Positions 37,142 to 49,800 of a stretch of DNA of 64,000 nucleotides are shown piece after piece. Origin of the DNA: a virus (lineage: Duplodnaviria; Caudoviricetes); IMG/VR virus record IMGVR_UViG_3300037249_001000, positions 64,001-128,000 of that record; one strand, given 5' to 3'. The notes below the pieces were generated by a model, which saw only the letters and a program-made list of their open reading frames with translations, was not told where the DNA came from and did not search any database. The first letter of the stretch is position 1; each line of letters starts with the position of its first letter. Made by a program: the position numbers and the translations under genes.

Positions 37142-39598
37142 TTACAGACCATCTAAACCGAGGTCATCTCCGTCGTCACCATTTTCATCTTTAGGTTTAA
37201 GTTCATTATCTTTTGCAGCAATTTTAGCTTTCTTTTGTAAGTCGATCATAGATTGTAAATTAATCATTGGTAATTGCTCATCAGCTAATAATTTTTTAAA
37301 TTCACGAATTTCTTCTTTAACAGATTCATTATCAGAATTTTCGCCATATAATAATGTAACCATAAATTCAGCAAATGATGTAAATGAATTAATTGCTTCA
37401 GATTTTGTATTATTTGATGTTTGTTTAGGTGGTTGAAGTGTAAATGTAAAATTTTCAATCAATGTTTCAGGAATTTGTGTAGAAGATCTCATTATCTTCT
37501 TATACCACTCTGTAATAGAAGAGTTAAAATCTAATTGATAATTTACTACACGTCCATTAAACTTTGTATTATTTTGTTCTACAACTTTAGCAAAATCTGC
37601 TTCATTCATATAGTTAATTATAGCAGCAGGAACACCTGTACCAAGAATATAACTATTTTTAAGATTTTCCATTAAGTCATTATTTAATTGAACATCTTGA
37701 CCGCTTAAAATTTCTGTTTCAATAGGTCTATCACCACCATTACCAACAGGAACATACATTTCACTACCAGATCCAACCTTATTAATCAATGTAGTATAGT
37801 TAAATAAATCATATATATTAATTTGACGAGATTGTTTAATACGTGCAATCTCTTGAACTTTATTTGCTAAATTTTTATCTATACCACTTGTTTTGATATA
37901 GTTTACTTTCATATCATTACTATTTAAAATAATAGACATAATTTTGAATAATAAAAGCATCAAGTATAATTTAGCATAGAATAAAGATTTCTTAATCATT
38001 GACTGCCCATATCCATCTTCATCTTCATCTATTTTAAATTCTTGAATATATTCAACTGGGATATATTGAAACTTTAGTCTTTTCTCATTAAGATTATAAT
38101 GTTGAATAGCTTCAACGATTGTTTTCTTAAACTTTTCATTTTCTTTTAGAAACTGTTTATCAAAAGAACTTACTATAACTTTTGCAAGAGAGTCAATTAC
38201 ACTTTGTTCTCTTGAATTATCATTAAATTTAGTATAATATAAATTTGAAGTTACTGCACCTGATAATGGTGTGATATCTTCAGTTTCAATGTAATAATAT
38301 CCGATAATTTGAGACATAATCTTTATAGGTATTATATGTGTAGGATCTATCAACTTAATATAACAATCTGAAATATCATCAAAATTTTCTGTCTTACCTT
38401 TTTTCTTATCATCAGAAAATGTTACACCTTCTGCTGAAGAGTCTAATATTTGATTAAATTTATTTTTTGATTTTGACGATTTGGATTTCTTAGTCTTTCT
38501 TTCAGATTCAGTTAATATTTTACTACCGCTTTCGTTTACATATTCATGAGAAAGAAAACTTAATGAATCAATTCCTTCCTCAAATATAGGTAATGGAACT
38601 GAATCATTACAAACTGAAATATTACTTAAGATATTTTCAATATCATTAATAAATGCTTCTTTATCAGGAAATTGTTCTTGGTTTGGATTAGCACTTTCCA
38701 TACCCATTTTTTCCATAGATTTACTATACGAAGTTCTATCTTTATTATTATTTCTTTTAGTTATTTCATTACAATATTCATTGTAAATGAGTTCGCTATA
38801 TTTTATTCTTTTTTTATTTTTGATTTTTGTAGTTGAAACTGATTCATGAATAATAAACTCATCATTATTATCACGTGAATTTACGTATTCCAACAATGTT
38901 TTTTCATGATACATTTTATTTTTACCATTTTGCTGATTCACAAAATCATTAAATATTTTAGAATATGGAATTGTATATGCAAAATATTCACCATACTCAA
39001 GTGTACGAGGAATAACAAAATTTTTTAATTTTTCTCTTAGTTGAAAATCTTTCTCCATCTGTTCAACCAAAGGTATGTAATCTTCCATATCTTTGTCATC
39101 GCAATTTTCAAAAGCTAACGTACGTGACATACGACCTTCTACAACATCTGCTTGAATAACTGCATCTCTTGTAATATTAACTGCCTCGCTAAGTTCAATT
39201 AACTGGGATGCAATCTCATGTAAATCTGCTTGTTCAATCATTCTATTTTTATATGTTTCTTGAATAAATTCTTGTAACATATTTTCATTATTCATAGAAT
39301 TTTGAAATTGGTCAGATATAATAGTTTCCATCGCAGTTTGTTTTCTATCATTAGAAGTTAATTTAGACAAAAAAGATGATGCTGTATTATCACCTGATAT
39401 ATTATTTATTTCATTTTTCATCAACGATTGAAATGTTCTATCAAGAGTATCAACATCTGATTCTCTATCTGTACCATATAGTACTAATTCAGCACTACCA
39501 ATAGTATTAGAAAGTTGACGAAATATATTACGAAACTTTTTATCATTAGTTATTTTAGGAGTTTTTTCTTCCATTTGTTTTCTATTTGCTCTGGGCAT
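37142..39598 (-). CDS. probable portal protein
   Basis: 818 aa, late promoter; YGEYF, IDP..IIPI...IGYY, GYGQS, TGVP patterns typical of large-phage portals. Confidence 0.65.
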   Translation of the reverse strand: MPRANRKQMEEKTPKITNDKKFRNIFRQLSNTIGSAELVLYGTDRESDVDTLDRTFQSLMKNEINNISGDNTASSFLSKLTSNDRKQTAMETIISDQFQNSMNNENMLQEFIQETYKNRMIEQADLHEIASQLIELSEAVNITRDAVIQADVVEGRMSRTLAFENCDDKDMEDYIPLVEQMEKDFQLREKLKNFVIPRTLEYGEYFAYTIPYSKIFNDFVNQQNGKNKMYHEKTLLEYVNSRDNNDEFIIHESVSTTKIKNKKRIKYSELIYNEYCNEITKRNNNKDRTSYSKSMEKMGMESANPNQEQFPDKEAFINDIENILSNISVCNDSVPLPIFEEGIDSLSFLSHEYVNESGSKILTESERKTKKSKSSKSKNKFNQILDSSAEGVTFSDDKKKGKTENFDDISDCYIKLIDPTHIIPIKIMSQIIGYYYIETEDITPLSGAVTSNLYYTKFNDNSREQSVIDSLAKVIVSSFDKQFLKENEKFKKTIVEAIQHYNLNEKRLKFQYIPVEYIQEFKIDEDEDGYGQSMIKKSLFYAKLYLMLLLFKIMSIILNSNDMKVNYIKTSGIDKNLANKVQEIARIKQSRQINIYDLFNYTTLINKVGSGSEMYVPVGNGGDRPIETEILSGQDVQLNNDLMENLKNSYILGTGVPAAIINYMNEADFAKVVEQNNTKFNGRVVNYQLDFNSSITEWYKKIMRSSTQIPETLIENFTFTLQPPKQTSNNTKSEAINSFTSFAEFMVTLLYGENSDNESVKEEIREFKKLLADEQLPMINLQSMIDLQKKAKIAAKDNELKPKDENGDDGDDLGLDGL

Positions 39599-39713
39599 TT
39601 ACATTCTCCTTTCATATTAATCTCACATTTAAAAAAATGTTTTCAGTAAGGGTTTTAAATAAAAAAAAATAAGACTATGAAGAATCACCAGAATTCTTCA
39701 TAGTCTTTATTTC

Positions 39714-39965
39714 TTATTTATTATTTTGAAGATATGAACTCCATAAGCACATATCTGGATTGTCCATCTCCCTATACAACGAACTCATACGTTGCCATAC
39801 GATGTATAAGTTATCTGATGTATAAATGGAGCCTGTAAGTAATTCCTTACAAAAATCAACAGCTTTTTCGGCTGTCTGAACAATCGCTATAGTCTCCATA
39901 TAATAATTTCTACCAGTAGTTGACACGATATCTATTTTTCTCTGAATAGCAAAACATTCTGTCAT
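39714..39965 (-). CDS. small standalone early protein
   Basis: early promoter block at 39995-40039, AAGGAGG RBS, flanking terminators. Confidence 0.75.
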   Translation of the reverse strand: MTECFAIQRKIDIVSTTGRNYYMETIAIVQTAEKAVDFCKELLTGSIYTSDNLYIVWQRMSSLYREMDNPDMCLWSSYLQNNK

Positions 39966-40071
39966 AATTAATTCCTCCTTTATAATATTTTTTATTATGA
40001 CACAAAAATAATATATCAATATATATATTAAAAATACGGATAAAGAATATAATATCCTTTATCCGTATTAA

Positions 40072-40692
40072 TTATTCTAATGGTATGAATAAATATCTCA
40101 TATTTAATTGGAAATACTCATAATGAAATTCAAATAATAATTGATGTAGTTCATTATTCCCATTATAGTTATCTATATATGAATAGAATAAACTATTAAA
40201 TGTTTTTTCAGTTAATAGTGGAAATAATGTTTTACTTATAACAACTGATGTCTGTCCACATACATCTTGATTTTCATCATACGTATTAACTGTAAATATT
40301 ATTGATTCTGAATTAAATAATGCTTTCTTTTCATCTTCATTAAAATGTAAATAATCCCAATGTAATTCAGATGTATCAGTTTCAAATTTATTTTTATATT
40401 CAGTTAATTTATTAATTATTTTCTTTTTTTCATTTTGATCAGATATAAAGCTAATTAAATCCATATTATCTTTAGCATTACGTACAGAATTAACATGGAT
40501 TATATCAGTACCATTTGGATTTAATTTACGACATAACTCCATTATATCAGGTTCTAATATACAATAATAATATCCCCTAGTAGTTTCATCTGATTTATCT
40601 CCAGGTAATACATAATAATTGTATATAATATAAAAATCCGTAAAGAAGTTTGATAACTTAACAAATAAATCTCTTATAGTTTTCTTAGCCAT
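40072..40692 (-). CDS. hypothetical protein
   Basis: 206 aa, coupled to the DNA polymerase gene. Confidence 0.75.
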   Translation of the reverse strand: MAKKTIRDLFVKLSNFFTDFYIIYNYYVLPGDKSDETTRGYYYCILEPDIMELCRKLNPNGTDIIHVNSVRNAKDNMDLISFISDQNEKKKIINKLTEYKNKFETDTSELHWDYLHFNEDEKKALFNSESIIFTVNTYDENQDVCGQTSVVISKTLFPLLTEKTFNSLFYSYIDNYNGNNELHQLLFEFHYEYFQLNMRYLFIPLE

Positions 40693-40696
40693 AATA

Positions 40697-42508
40697 TCAC
40701 CCTAATTTCTTTTTTAATTCTGTATATATTTCTGATGCTGATGGAAGATTTAACCATTTATTACCAGTAGTAATATAATCACCAGTTTGGAAGTTATCAA
40801 TAACTTCTTTAGCAACATCATCGGAAAAACTATCATTATTTTCTTCTACAAGTTGGAAATCTGTAATACCGTTAAATTTAATATCTCCACCACGAACATC
40901 ATATTGGTCACATGGAAGTATCATTTTAAATATTAATGTAGATGGGTCAATATTCATTTCGAATATTGTTGACGGATAGAATGCTGTCATATCCATATCA
41001 ATAGAATATCTAAAAATATTATTTGATTTATGATTGAATAATTTCATACCGAAATTATCTATTAGTAATGGATTACCAACAAGAGCACCCTCAAACTTTG
41101 AATCCTCATCGTCTTCATTATCTTTTTCTTTATTATCTTTACCATTATATAGAATAGCATTTACGTTTTGACCTGGAATCATACCATTATCAAGATAAAA
41201 TAAATACTGAACATTTCTTAATTTTACAGTTTGTTTAAACTCATTTTCATATGGAGTTATATTTTGATATGATGTAAAATAATAAGTATATACATCGGTA
41301 GTTCGTTCTTCAATACCTTTTTGAAGAAGTACGTCCTTTATGTTATACAATACATACATTAACCAATTTCTATAACCGAGAGTTTTCAAACTACCCTCTT
41401 CTGAATAATCTAACTTTTCGTCGCCAATTTCTCTCTTAGCAATATAAGTTAATTTATTGGAACGTAATTCTTGTTGACCTTTTCGTATTGCTGCATATAC
41501 AATCATTTGGTCAAAGAATACGGTATATGATGAAATTTTAAAAAAATCAGATTTATTTTTAACTGCAAAATTTATTGTATCTTTTTTAAAATAACATTCT
41601 TTAACAGGAAAATCAGGATGGCACATTATTTCTTTTGTGTCATATCCAAGAGTTTCTATACGATTAATAATATATGGAATATCAAACGATATATTCCATA
41701 CACCAACAAAATCTAATTTCAATTGATTAATCAATTGAAATAAATGAGATAACATTTTTATTTCATCTTTATAGAAATAAAAATTATATATCATATCAGG
41801 ATATGATTCATCAAATTTTTCATGTGCTTCTCTTTTAAGTTCTTCAATATTATTTAAATAATATTCTTCAGTTTCATGTCGTGTTTTATATAAATTTCTT
41901 TTAAAATCATCATTACTATTACATTTTCTATCAACTAAAATAAATGTATACGATTTATTATGAGTTATATCTATAAATGTAACTAAATCTATTGGGTCAA
42001 ATACTGGATTAGGAAAACCTGTAGATTCCAATGTATCAACCTCAATATCTAAAAATCCAATTGATAAATTTTTTGGTCTATCATTATTAAAATATTTCAT
42101 CCACTGATATCTATACCACGTTCTAATATCATAATCAGCACCATATACATATGGGTACATCATAAATTCTTTTAATCCTTTATAATTATGAGTTGTAAAA
42201 CAATCTTGTAATTTTTGTTTTCCTCTATCACCCATATCGTTTGCTATTTCATAAATTATATCTTTATAAACAACAGTTTTCTTTTCAACCATATCAATAG
42301 TTGCATAATTCTTATTATTTAAATGATTTCTAAATTCAGGCTTTTCAAAATAAATATCCATTTTAGGTTCTTCTATAGTCTGCATATATTTTTCATCAGT
42401 ATCAATATCTTTCCAAATAAGATATAAATAATCTTTTGTTCCATTCTTTTTATTTGCTTTAATATATTGAACATCTAATAACATAGATGATTCTTTATTG
42501 ATTTTCAT
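40697..42508 (-). CDS. family B DNA polymerase, exonuclease/motif-A subunit (split PolB)
   Basis: ExoI LDIEVD, ExoII WNISFDIPY, ExoIII YNIKD, FEGALV, motif A DMTAFYPS; motifs B and C absent. Confidence 0.9.
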   Translation of the reverse strand: MKINKESSMLLDVQYIKANKKNGTKDYLYLIWKDIDTDEKYMQTIEEPKMDIYFEKPEFRNHLNNKNYATIDMVEKKTVVYKDIIYEIANDMGDRGKQKLQDCFTTHNYKGLKEFMMYPYVYGADYDIRTWYRYQWMKYFNNDRPKNLSIGFLDIEVDTLESTGFPNPVFDPIDLVTFIDITHNKSYTFILVDRKCNSNDDFKRNLYKTRHETEEYYLNNIEELKREAHEKFDESYPDMIYNFYFYKDEIKMLSHLFQLINQLKLDFVGVWNISFDIPYIINRIETLGYDTKEIMCHPDFPVKECYFKKDTINFAVKNKSDFFKISSYTVFFDQMIVYAAIRKGQQELRSNKLTYIAKREIGDEKLDYSEEGSLKTLGYRNWLMYVLYNIKDVLLQKGIEERTTDVYTYYFTSYQNITPYENEFKQTVKLRNVQYLFYLDNGMIPGQNVNAILYNGKDNKEKDNEDDEDSKFEGALVGNPLLIDNFGMKLFNHKSNNIFRYSIDMDMTAFYPSTIFEMNIDPSTLIFKMILPCDQYDVRGGDIKFNGITDFQLVEENNDSFSDDVAKEVIDNFQTGDYITTGNKWLNLPSASEIYTELKKKLG

Positions 42509-42744
42509 ATTTAACGTCCTTTCTTTTTAATGTTAATTTGGTGTTTTTAAAAAAATAACATATTATTAATTGGCGGTATCATGAGTACAGAATAAGATGA
42601 GATAAACTTTTTTAATGTTTATCTCATCTTATATTTATTTAATGTTTATTCAGGATGTTTTTCATTCCATTCTTTAACTAACTCAAGAATTTTTCTATTA
42701 CATTCACAGATATCTGAATAAGAATTCATAATCACCGACCTTAT

Positions 42745-43203
42745 CTATAAATTCAATTCTTTGAAAATCTTTTTTAAGTTCTCATTTTTAATTATATTTA
42801 ATTTTAATAAATTAGAAACAAAATCAATTAAAAGAACGTTAGATAACTCAATAAATTCAATATCAATATCAGCATTTTTTAATAATTTAAAATTAAATAT
42901 ATATTCATATTTTTCAATTTCGTCTAATAAATCAGTACTTTCTAATTCTATTGGTTCACAACAATAATTTACTATCATATCATAGAATTCTTCAAATAAA
43001 TCAAACTCTCCTAATGAACTTGTATCCACATTTTCAGTTTCCAATAATTTTAATAAATTTTTGTAATTATTAATATACTGAATTAAACCAAACGCAATTT
43101 TTTTACGTTTTTTCTTAATTGATAGAGATATAAATTTGTAAATAATCAAAAATATTAACCATGCTGATATAACAGTGATAATGAAAATTATGTCGATATT
43201 CAT
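42745..43203 (-). CDS. membrane-anchored hypothetical protein
   Basis: N-terminal TM helix plus basic stop-transfer; AAGGAG RBS. Confidence 0.7.
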   Translation of the reverse strand: MNIDIIFIITVISAWLIFLIIYKFISLSIKKKRKKIAFGLIQYINNYKNLLKLLETENVDTSSLGEFDLFEEFYDMIVNYCCEPIELESTDLLDEIEKYEYIFNFKLLKNADIDIEFIELSNVLLIDFVSNLLKLNIIKNENLKKIFKELNL

Positions 43204-43415
43204 TTGTATACCTCTCCTTTATTCTAAACATTAATATAACTCAATACTATGTATTGAATATTTAACTTGATTAGCTCATAGTTTTTCACCTCTTTTTGTA
43301 ATTTTGATTGCTACTATAATAGTATATTGTCTATACTGAAATAATAATATATAATCAAGTTAAATATAAAAAAAAGAAAGTCACTCTGATGTTTTATATC
43401 AGAGTGACCTCATAC

Positions 43416-43616
43416 TCAAGCAGCATTACTAATATACTGCTTGAGTATTTTCATAATATCGAGCAGCTCATCGAATGTGAGCTGCTCGATATCTGTTCGT
43501 CCATCGATGAGCTTATTCAACTCATCACCCAGCTCATCATCAACGGAAGATGCGTTGTTGTTCATTATTATAATGAACGACAACATAGATATTAAATTTT
43601 TAATATCTTGTAGCAT
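43416..43616 (-). CDS. small standalone early protein
   Basis: TATATTAT at 43660, AGAAAGGAGGTG RBS, terminator at 43378-43412. Confidence 0.7.
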   Translation of the reverse strand: MLQDIKNLISMLSFIIIMNNNASSVDDELGDELNKLIDGRTDIEQLTFDELLDIMKILKQYISNAA

Positions 43617-43748
43617 AATAACACCTCCTTTCTTTATATTTTATTATTATGCTACAAAAATAATATATAAATATATATATTAAAAATACAATAAATAAAA
43701 ATAGATACTAAAAACAGAAAAATAATTTATATTGAACGAGGTGAAAAT

Positions 43749-44759
43749 ATGAGTGATAAAAATGATTTTGATTCATTGGTTCCTGGTAATAAAAAAAGTA
43801 AAAGAGAAAAAATACTGGAGCAACTTGATGAACTAGATAATGAAGAAATAATACCTCAAAAAACTACAGAAAATAATTCTTCAAATTTTTTACCATCTTC
43901 ACTTTCTCCTAAGAAAAAAAAGAAAAACACTCAACCTCAAAAAACAGAGGATGAGTGGTTTAATGATTTGATAGAAACATCAGAATTAAGAGTAACAACT
44001 GGAAAAAGAAAATCAATGTTTGATGATGTTTTTAATCCTGATGGGAAGAAGAAAAAGAAGAAAAAGAAAAATAAAAATGAACCAACAGATTATGAAAAAA
44101 AGTTTGAACCTGAAGCCGCTTTATTAAGAAGCTTATTGATTGACCAAAACAAGTTTGTTGATTCATTGCAAAAAGAATATGATTTTCTTAAAAGTAATAA
44201 ATCTACTTCAAGAGGAATTAATAAAAATATTACGGATCTTATTAGTAATATAACTAATGCTAGAAATTTATCAATGCAATTAATTGATAAAAATACATCA
44301 CTTAAAAAGACTATTGCAGATTTAACAATGAAGGAACGTAAAGAATTGTTTGGTAATTCATTAGATGATGTTGAAAATCTTAATGATTTTGCATCTACAT
44401 ATTTAAAACAAATGATTTCTGAAAGGCATCAATTGATGGCAGGAACAAATTCGGATATATCTGATTATTCAATTGATGAGATGGCTAGTATTGTTAGTGA
44501 TACATTACTTAATTCTGAGGATGCTGAAGAGCGTAGTGATGAAACTAGAAAATATTTAGAATATGAAAATAGAAACGTAACAGTATATGTTTATATGAAT
44601 CCCTCTGATGAAACAGATTATGATTACGTTGCAATTGATGAAAACGGTGATGAACTAGATGATTATCCTTTACCGTTTAAAGGAAAACTAACCGTTAATA
44701 GATCTACTAATATGGCAACTGATATTTATGGTCAGAAGTATATAATCAGATGGAGATAG
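43749..44759 (+). CDS. hypothetical late protein, coiled coil
   Basis: late promoter at 43713; 336 aa. Confidence 0.75.
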   Translation: MSDKNDFDSLVPGNKKSKREKILEQLDELDNEEIIPQKTTENNSSNFLPSSLSPKKKKKNTQPQKTEDEWFNDLIETSELRVTTGKRKSMFDDVFNPDGKKKKKKKKNKNEPTDYEKKFEPEAALLRSLLIDQNKFVDSLQKEYDFLKSNKSTSRGINKNITDLISNITNARNLSMQLIDKNTSLKKTIADLTMKERKELFGNSLDDVENLNDFASTYLKQMISERHQLMAGTNSDISDYSIDEMASIVSDTLLNSEDAEERSDETRKYLEYENRNVTVYVYMNPSDETDYDYVAIDENGDELDDYPLPFKGKLTVNRSTNMATDIYGQKYIIRWR

Positions 44760-44797
44760 AGAATAAGAAGATACAGAAAACTGTATCTTCTTATTCT
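44760..44797. terminator. bidirectional terminator
   Basis: AGAATAAGAAGATACAG-AAAA-CTGTATCTTCTTATTCT. Confidence 0.8.
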
Positions 44798-45669
44798 TAA
44801 TTTTCGATCATTGGCATGTAACCTGATATATTGATGTATATTCCACATTTTTTCATAATATATGCAAATGAATCAGAATCTGCAATTTTATTTATTCCGT
44901 TTAACTCGACTGTAACATTATTGATTGTATCGAAAGAATATTGATTTTCATTGTATGTTATATTTGTTGTGTTTTTAATTGGTGTTGACCCAACAAATGT
45001 GTTTGTAAATTCTTTTAAATTAGATTTTTTACTAATCTGAATATTAAATGAATCTGATAAAATAGGAACTGGTAATTTAAAATTATTTAGTGTTAGTGTA
45101 TCCATATATGTAACAGTTCTATCATAATCGAAGTTTGAATAACAAATATATGTATCAATATTATTTCTTTTCCGTACAACATAATTACATATAGGAATAA
45201 ATGTTTGTGCTGTAATAAAACCATCAGAACTAACTCTACAATTCCATGTATATTCATGTGATGATAGTCTATCCGTTACAATATTAATATGAGGTACATT
45301 TGATTCTGTTGATTCACCATAAATAAATAAACAGCTATCATTATGACCATCATCATTCATATCTATTGTATGATATTTGAATGTTGATGTTGAATATTTG
45401 GTATATGTATTACCAATATTATTTTTAAAGTAAATATAATTTTGATCATCTATTAGTATTTTTCTTTTATTTACTAAATTAATTTTATAAATCATTGAAT
45501 TTACGTTAATAATTTCACATTCATCATCATTCATAATAGTTTTGATATATGGTTGTAATGTTGTATTGCTATCCCATACTATATCTTCTCCACGAACTTT
45601 AACAAAAAATGGAATGTAAGACCCGTCCGAAGTAGGGACTGTTATAAACCCACTAGGTATATCTATCAT
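44797..45669 (-). CDS. hypothetical beta-rich (virion?) protein
   Basis: 290 aa, GGAGG RBS. Confidence 0.7.
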   Translation of the reverse strand: MIDIPSGFITVPTSDGSYIPFFVKVRGEDIVWDSNTTLQPYIKTIMNDDECEIINVNSMIYKINLVNKRKILIDDQNYIYFKNNIGNTYTKYSTSTFKYHTIDMNDDGHNDSCLFIYGESTESNVPHINIVTDRLSSHEYTWNCRVSSDGFITAQTFIPICNYVVRKRNNIDTYICYSNFDYDRTVTYMDTLTLNNFKLPVPILSDSFNIQISKKSNLKEFTNTFVGSTPIKNTTNITYNENQYSFDTINNVTVELNGINKIADSDSFAYIMKKCGIYINISGYMPMIEN

Positions 45670-45687
45670 AATTTATACCTCCCATTC

Positions 45688-46653
45688 TTAAACAATTTTA
45701 CTTAATTCATTATAAAAAATATTAGAACCACTAATATTTTTTATAATATCATTAATAATCGGTTGATTTACCAAGAAGCTACCATTATATGCACAAATAA
45801 GTACAAATAAAAAATATGGAAACGTATCCATACTCAATGTGGCAGGAATCTTAAAATTATTAATATAACATTCAACGAAATAACGTGTAGTAAGTTTAGC
45901 CATTCTAGGAGAGAATTTAGATATGAATGTGATTAATTCAGATATATCATCAATACCAGCAGATGTATATTGATCATCAACTAATCTTAAATTCATTTTG
46001 TTTGGTGATATAATATTTTGACAAGCATAATTGAAAATTAAATCTTTATTAGCACATTCCCAAACTTTTTCTAAATAAAATCTTGAAATAATAAATGAAA
46101 CACTGTTATACAATTCTTGATCCATAGAAAGAGCGAATTCTTTATTAAGAATTCTAAGCATCATAGAAGTGTATATATTAGATGTTAATCTCATTAAACC
46201 TGTTGACCTATTGATTGTTGTGCCATTATCATAATATTTTAATGCAAGATAAGCTCCTTCCATTAAAACATATAAATCTTTCATCGGTATATTTAAAATT
46301 TTACCACCATATGCTTCTCCATTATCACTAATTGTACCAAATTTATTTACAAAAATAAGTGCTTTATTATTACTACCTGTTTTAATAACAACAAATGGAA
46401 TAGCTTGAGAAACTATAACAGTGTCTGAATAAAGTAAAATAATATCCCCATGTTCAAATGCTAATAAAACCTTTTCAACTAATGGTGAAAATCTCGTTCT
46501 TTTTATTTGAAGAATCTGCTCTTCAATATATGAAGAATCTAATCGTTTTCCAGTTTTATATGCTTCACTAATACGAAGTGTAACACTTTTATTAGTATTA
46601 AACATTGAATATATATAAGAGTCACTTAAAGCTGATTCGGAAACATAATTCAT
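45688..46653 (-). CDS. hypothetical late protein
   Basis: late promoter at 46687, AAGGAG RBS. Confidence 0.75.
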   Translation of the reverse strand: MNYVSESALSDSYIYSMFNTNKSVTLRISEAYKTGKRLDSSYIEEQILQIKRTRFSPLVEKVLLAFEHGDIILLYSDTVIVSQAIPFVVIKTGSNNKALIFVNKFGTISDNGEAYGGKILNIPMKDLYVLMEGAYLALKYYDNGTTINRSTGLMRLTSNIYTSMMLRILNKEFALSMDQELYNSVSFIISRFYLEKVWECANKDLIFNYACQNIISPNKMNLRLVDDQYTSAGIDDISELITFISKFSPRMAKLTTRYFVECYINNFKIPATLSMDTFPYFLFVLICAYNGSFLVNQPIINDIIKNISGSNIFYNELSKIV

Positions 46654-46883
46654 GTTATATTCTCCTTTCATTAGTTTATAAACTATTAAGGGAATGTTTT
46701 AAGGTAGACTATTTAATCAAAAAAAAGAAAGATATTTATAATAAATATCTTTCTTTGTAGTTATGTTAGTACTAATTAATGGAATTCCTCATAATTAATC
46801 CTATCTATAAACAGTTTATACTTATCTTAAAAACAATGATATAAAATGACTGTCATACAAATTTATAGAGAGGAGGAATTATA

Positions 46884-49800
46884 ATGTCAGAGAATCTTCA
46901 AAATTTATTAAGAGAATCTTTACTTAATAACTCATATGATTATAGTTCAATGCATGGTGCTCTTCGTATGACATGGGAAAATAGTTATTCATATTTATAT
47001 AATTTACAAAAAAATTATGTTGAATTTGAAGACCTAGAATATATATCTAATGATACTGATAAAAGTTTTAAACGTATTGGTAGATTATATAATGATAAAT
47101 TATTTCGAGCATGTTTTGATGTAAATTATGATTTTATTCATATATGTGATCGAGAAGAATTTCATGAAAGTGAATTTTACTTTAATGAATTTACTTTTTA
47201 TGATATGGTATATAACCCAAGTATTTTTAAAAAAATACCAATTATTATTGTTGATGGACAATGTTTATGGGATTATAAGTTACGTATAAATAAAAAAATT
47301 ATATCAGTTATACTTCCATTTAAACGTGATTTTGTAATTGATTTAAAACGTAATCCAGAAACTGATGAATTAATTTATTTAGATCATAATATAAGAATTT
47401 TAGTTATTGATAATATCTATTATTATGAATTTGAGTCAGTTAGTGCAATTGGAAATGATTATAATAATGGTGCTCAATCATTATGGTATAATTTTTATGG
47501 TACAAATAATGCAATTACTAAAAATGGAGTAACTGTACGCACAAAAACAAAATGGAAGTTGGGTTTAGATGTTACGGATATATTAAAAAATAATAATATA
47601 AATTCTACAGATGGTTTATTTATTGCTACTATAAACAAAAATGTCGAAAATAAAAAAAATCTTAAAGAATTCTTTAGTTCTGGGATATTAATATCAAGTG
47701 ATGTTTCAATGGATCCAATGTCAAGAAAATATACTTGCGATTTTCTATTAGGTGACGACCTCCATGAAAAAATATCTGATCAGGATAATAAATACACAAT
47801 TCATGTTTTATATGTAAACAACTTACATGGTTATGCATTACCTATAAGTCGCCACGATATAAACTCAGAATGGTATACTATAATAGATGGTGCACAGGCA
47901 TCAGAAATTCTTTATGGAGAACATGATTCATCAGCAGATAATAGAATGACCAAAGATATTATTTGTGATGAAAATGGAGAATGCAATGTATTTATGATTC
48001 AAAATAACAATAATAATATTTTAACACCATATGCCATGCCCATACCGGTTGAAAATTTAATTGTTATTAAATTAGATCAAGAAGACAATGCTACATTAAT
48101 GATAAATACAGAAACTGTTAGATTATATTATCCTAATATATATAGAATAGCTGATCCAGATCGTCAACCTGGTGATAGATATCATGTATACTATTTTTAT
48201 CATAATGCTACATTTTTACAATATACACCTATGTATGATTATTTTTATAGGTTTTTACAAATAAGATATAATGAACGACCTATAGAAGAAATTATTGATT
48301 TTATTTATCGTGGTGTTGCTGATCTTTCATCTTTTACAGAAGAACAGGCAAATGAATTAATGAGTACATTTATAAAAATAATGGAATATCAATATTTTAA
48401 TCACAAATATGGTGAGGTTGATTTCCTTAAACGATATAAATTATTGCCTCAAAACATTGATAAAGAAGTCGTTGAATGTAAAGATGAAACATTAAAAGAA
48501 TGGATAAATGTTAATCCATTTGTTTTACGTGATTATGTAATTGAACAAGATAAACTTTATTCTTCAGTTTATCATTTATGGACAAATACATTAGATTTAT
48601 CAACACATCTACGAACAAATACATTTGAAGAATCAAAACATGAAATAAATGCTTTTCTTGATAATGATGATACATATTTTACAGAATATGGTAAACGTTA
48701 TGATCAGACTGGTCAATATATTGGCATGTTTAGTGTAGAAGAATTAAATCAAAAATTAAGTGCTGATTTACAAAAGAAACGTCATAAAATACAAATAAGT
48801 GACGACTGGTATGAATTAAACGGAGAATATTATGTTTTTTCATTTAGAAATGATGATACTATAAAAAATAATTTACTAGATGCACGTGTTTTTGTTGATG
48901 GTCTTCATGTAGATGACTTAATTCAAGAAAAATACTATTTTACTGATTATTTTTATATACCAGTAGAATTGGTTACTGATGATAGCTATATTGAAATTGA
49001 AATATTCCCGACGTATAAATATGGTGAACGGGTAAAATTTGAATCAATGGATGATACAAAAACTATAACTTTATTAGAACCCGCCGATCAAATTTTCCCA
49101 ACAGCACAAGATTTATTTTATATGGAACCATCTGGTCATTTAATTGGTGATGAACATCATAGTCAGTTAGTATCTACAGATGCAAAAGGAATTAAAGAAA
49201 CAGTAAAAATATCATCAAAACAGTCTATTACAATTGGAACAGATAGACCATATTATGATACAACAATATATTCAAATGAATTGTTTGAGATTACTGCTAA
49301 ATATAAAGATGGTGATTTTGTTGTAAAAACAACTGATCCTGAAAAACCAGTTAAATTTACAAGATTATCTACTTTTGAAATTAAACCTCTTCGTAATTAT
49401 GTTGTAAATAAAGATTTATATGTAGGAATATCTAAAATTCCTAATTATATAAATTATACAATTGATAGAGAAGGTTATCCATATATTGCATTAGTACAAA
49501 ATGAAAATAACTTTAAATTTAATATAGATTATTTGAGAATATTTAGAAATGGCAGATTACTTCCTAGACAAAAATATTGTTTCTTTTCTTCATTCTTTTT
49601 CCCAAGAATACAGTTTACAGATTATATGTATCCAGGTGATGTTATTCATATTGATATAACACCGTATAGATATAAAGAAATATATTATCAAGAAAGATTG
49701 GTGCGTGGTCAAACACTAATTAATCTTAAAGATGTTATAACAAAACCATTTGATATTAGATATTATGATGTTTATATGAATGGTAGAAAACTTGGTTTAA

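Noticed and set aside
40697-42508. Truncated DNA polymerase pseudogene
   Set aside because: Split PolB with a separate exonuclease/motif-A subunit is known in phiKZ-like phages, and this ORF is intact with a promoter
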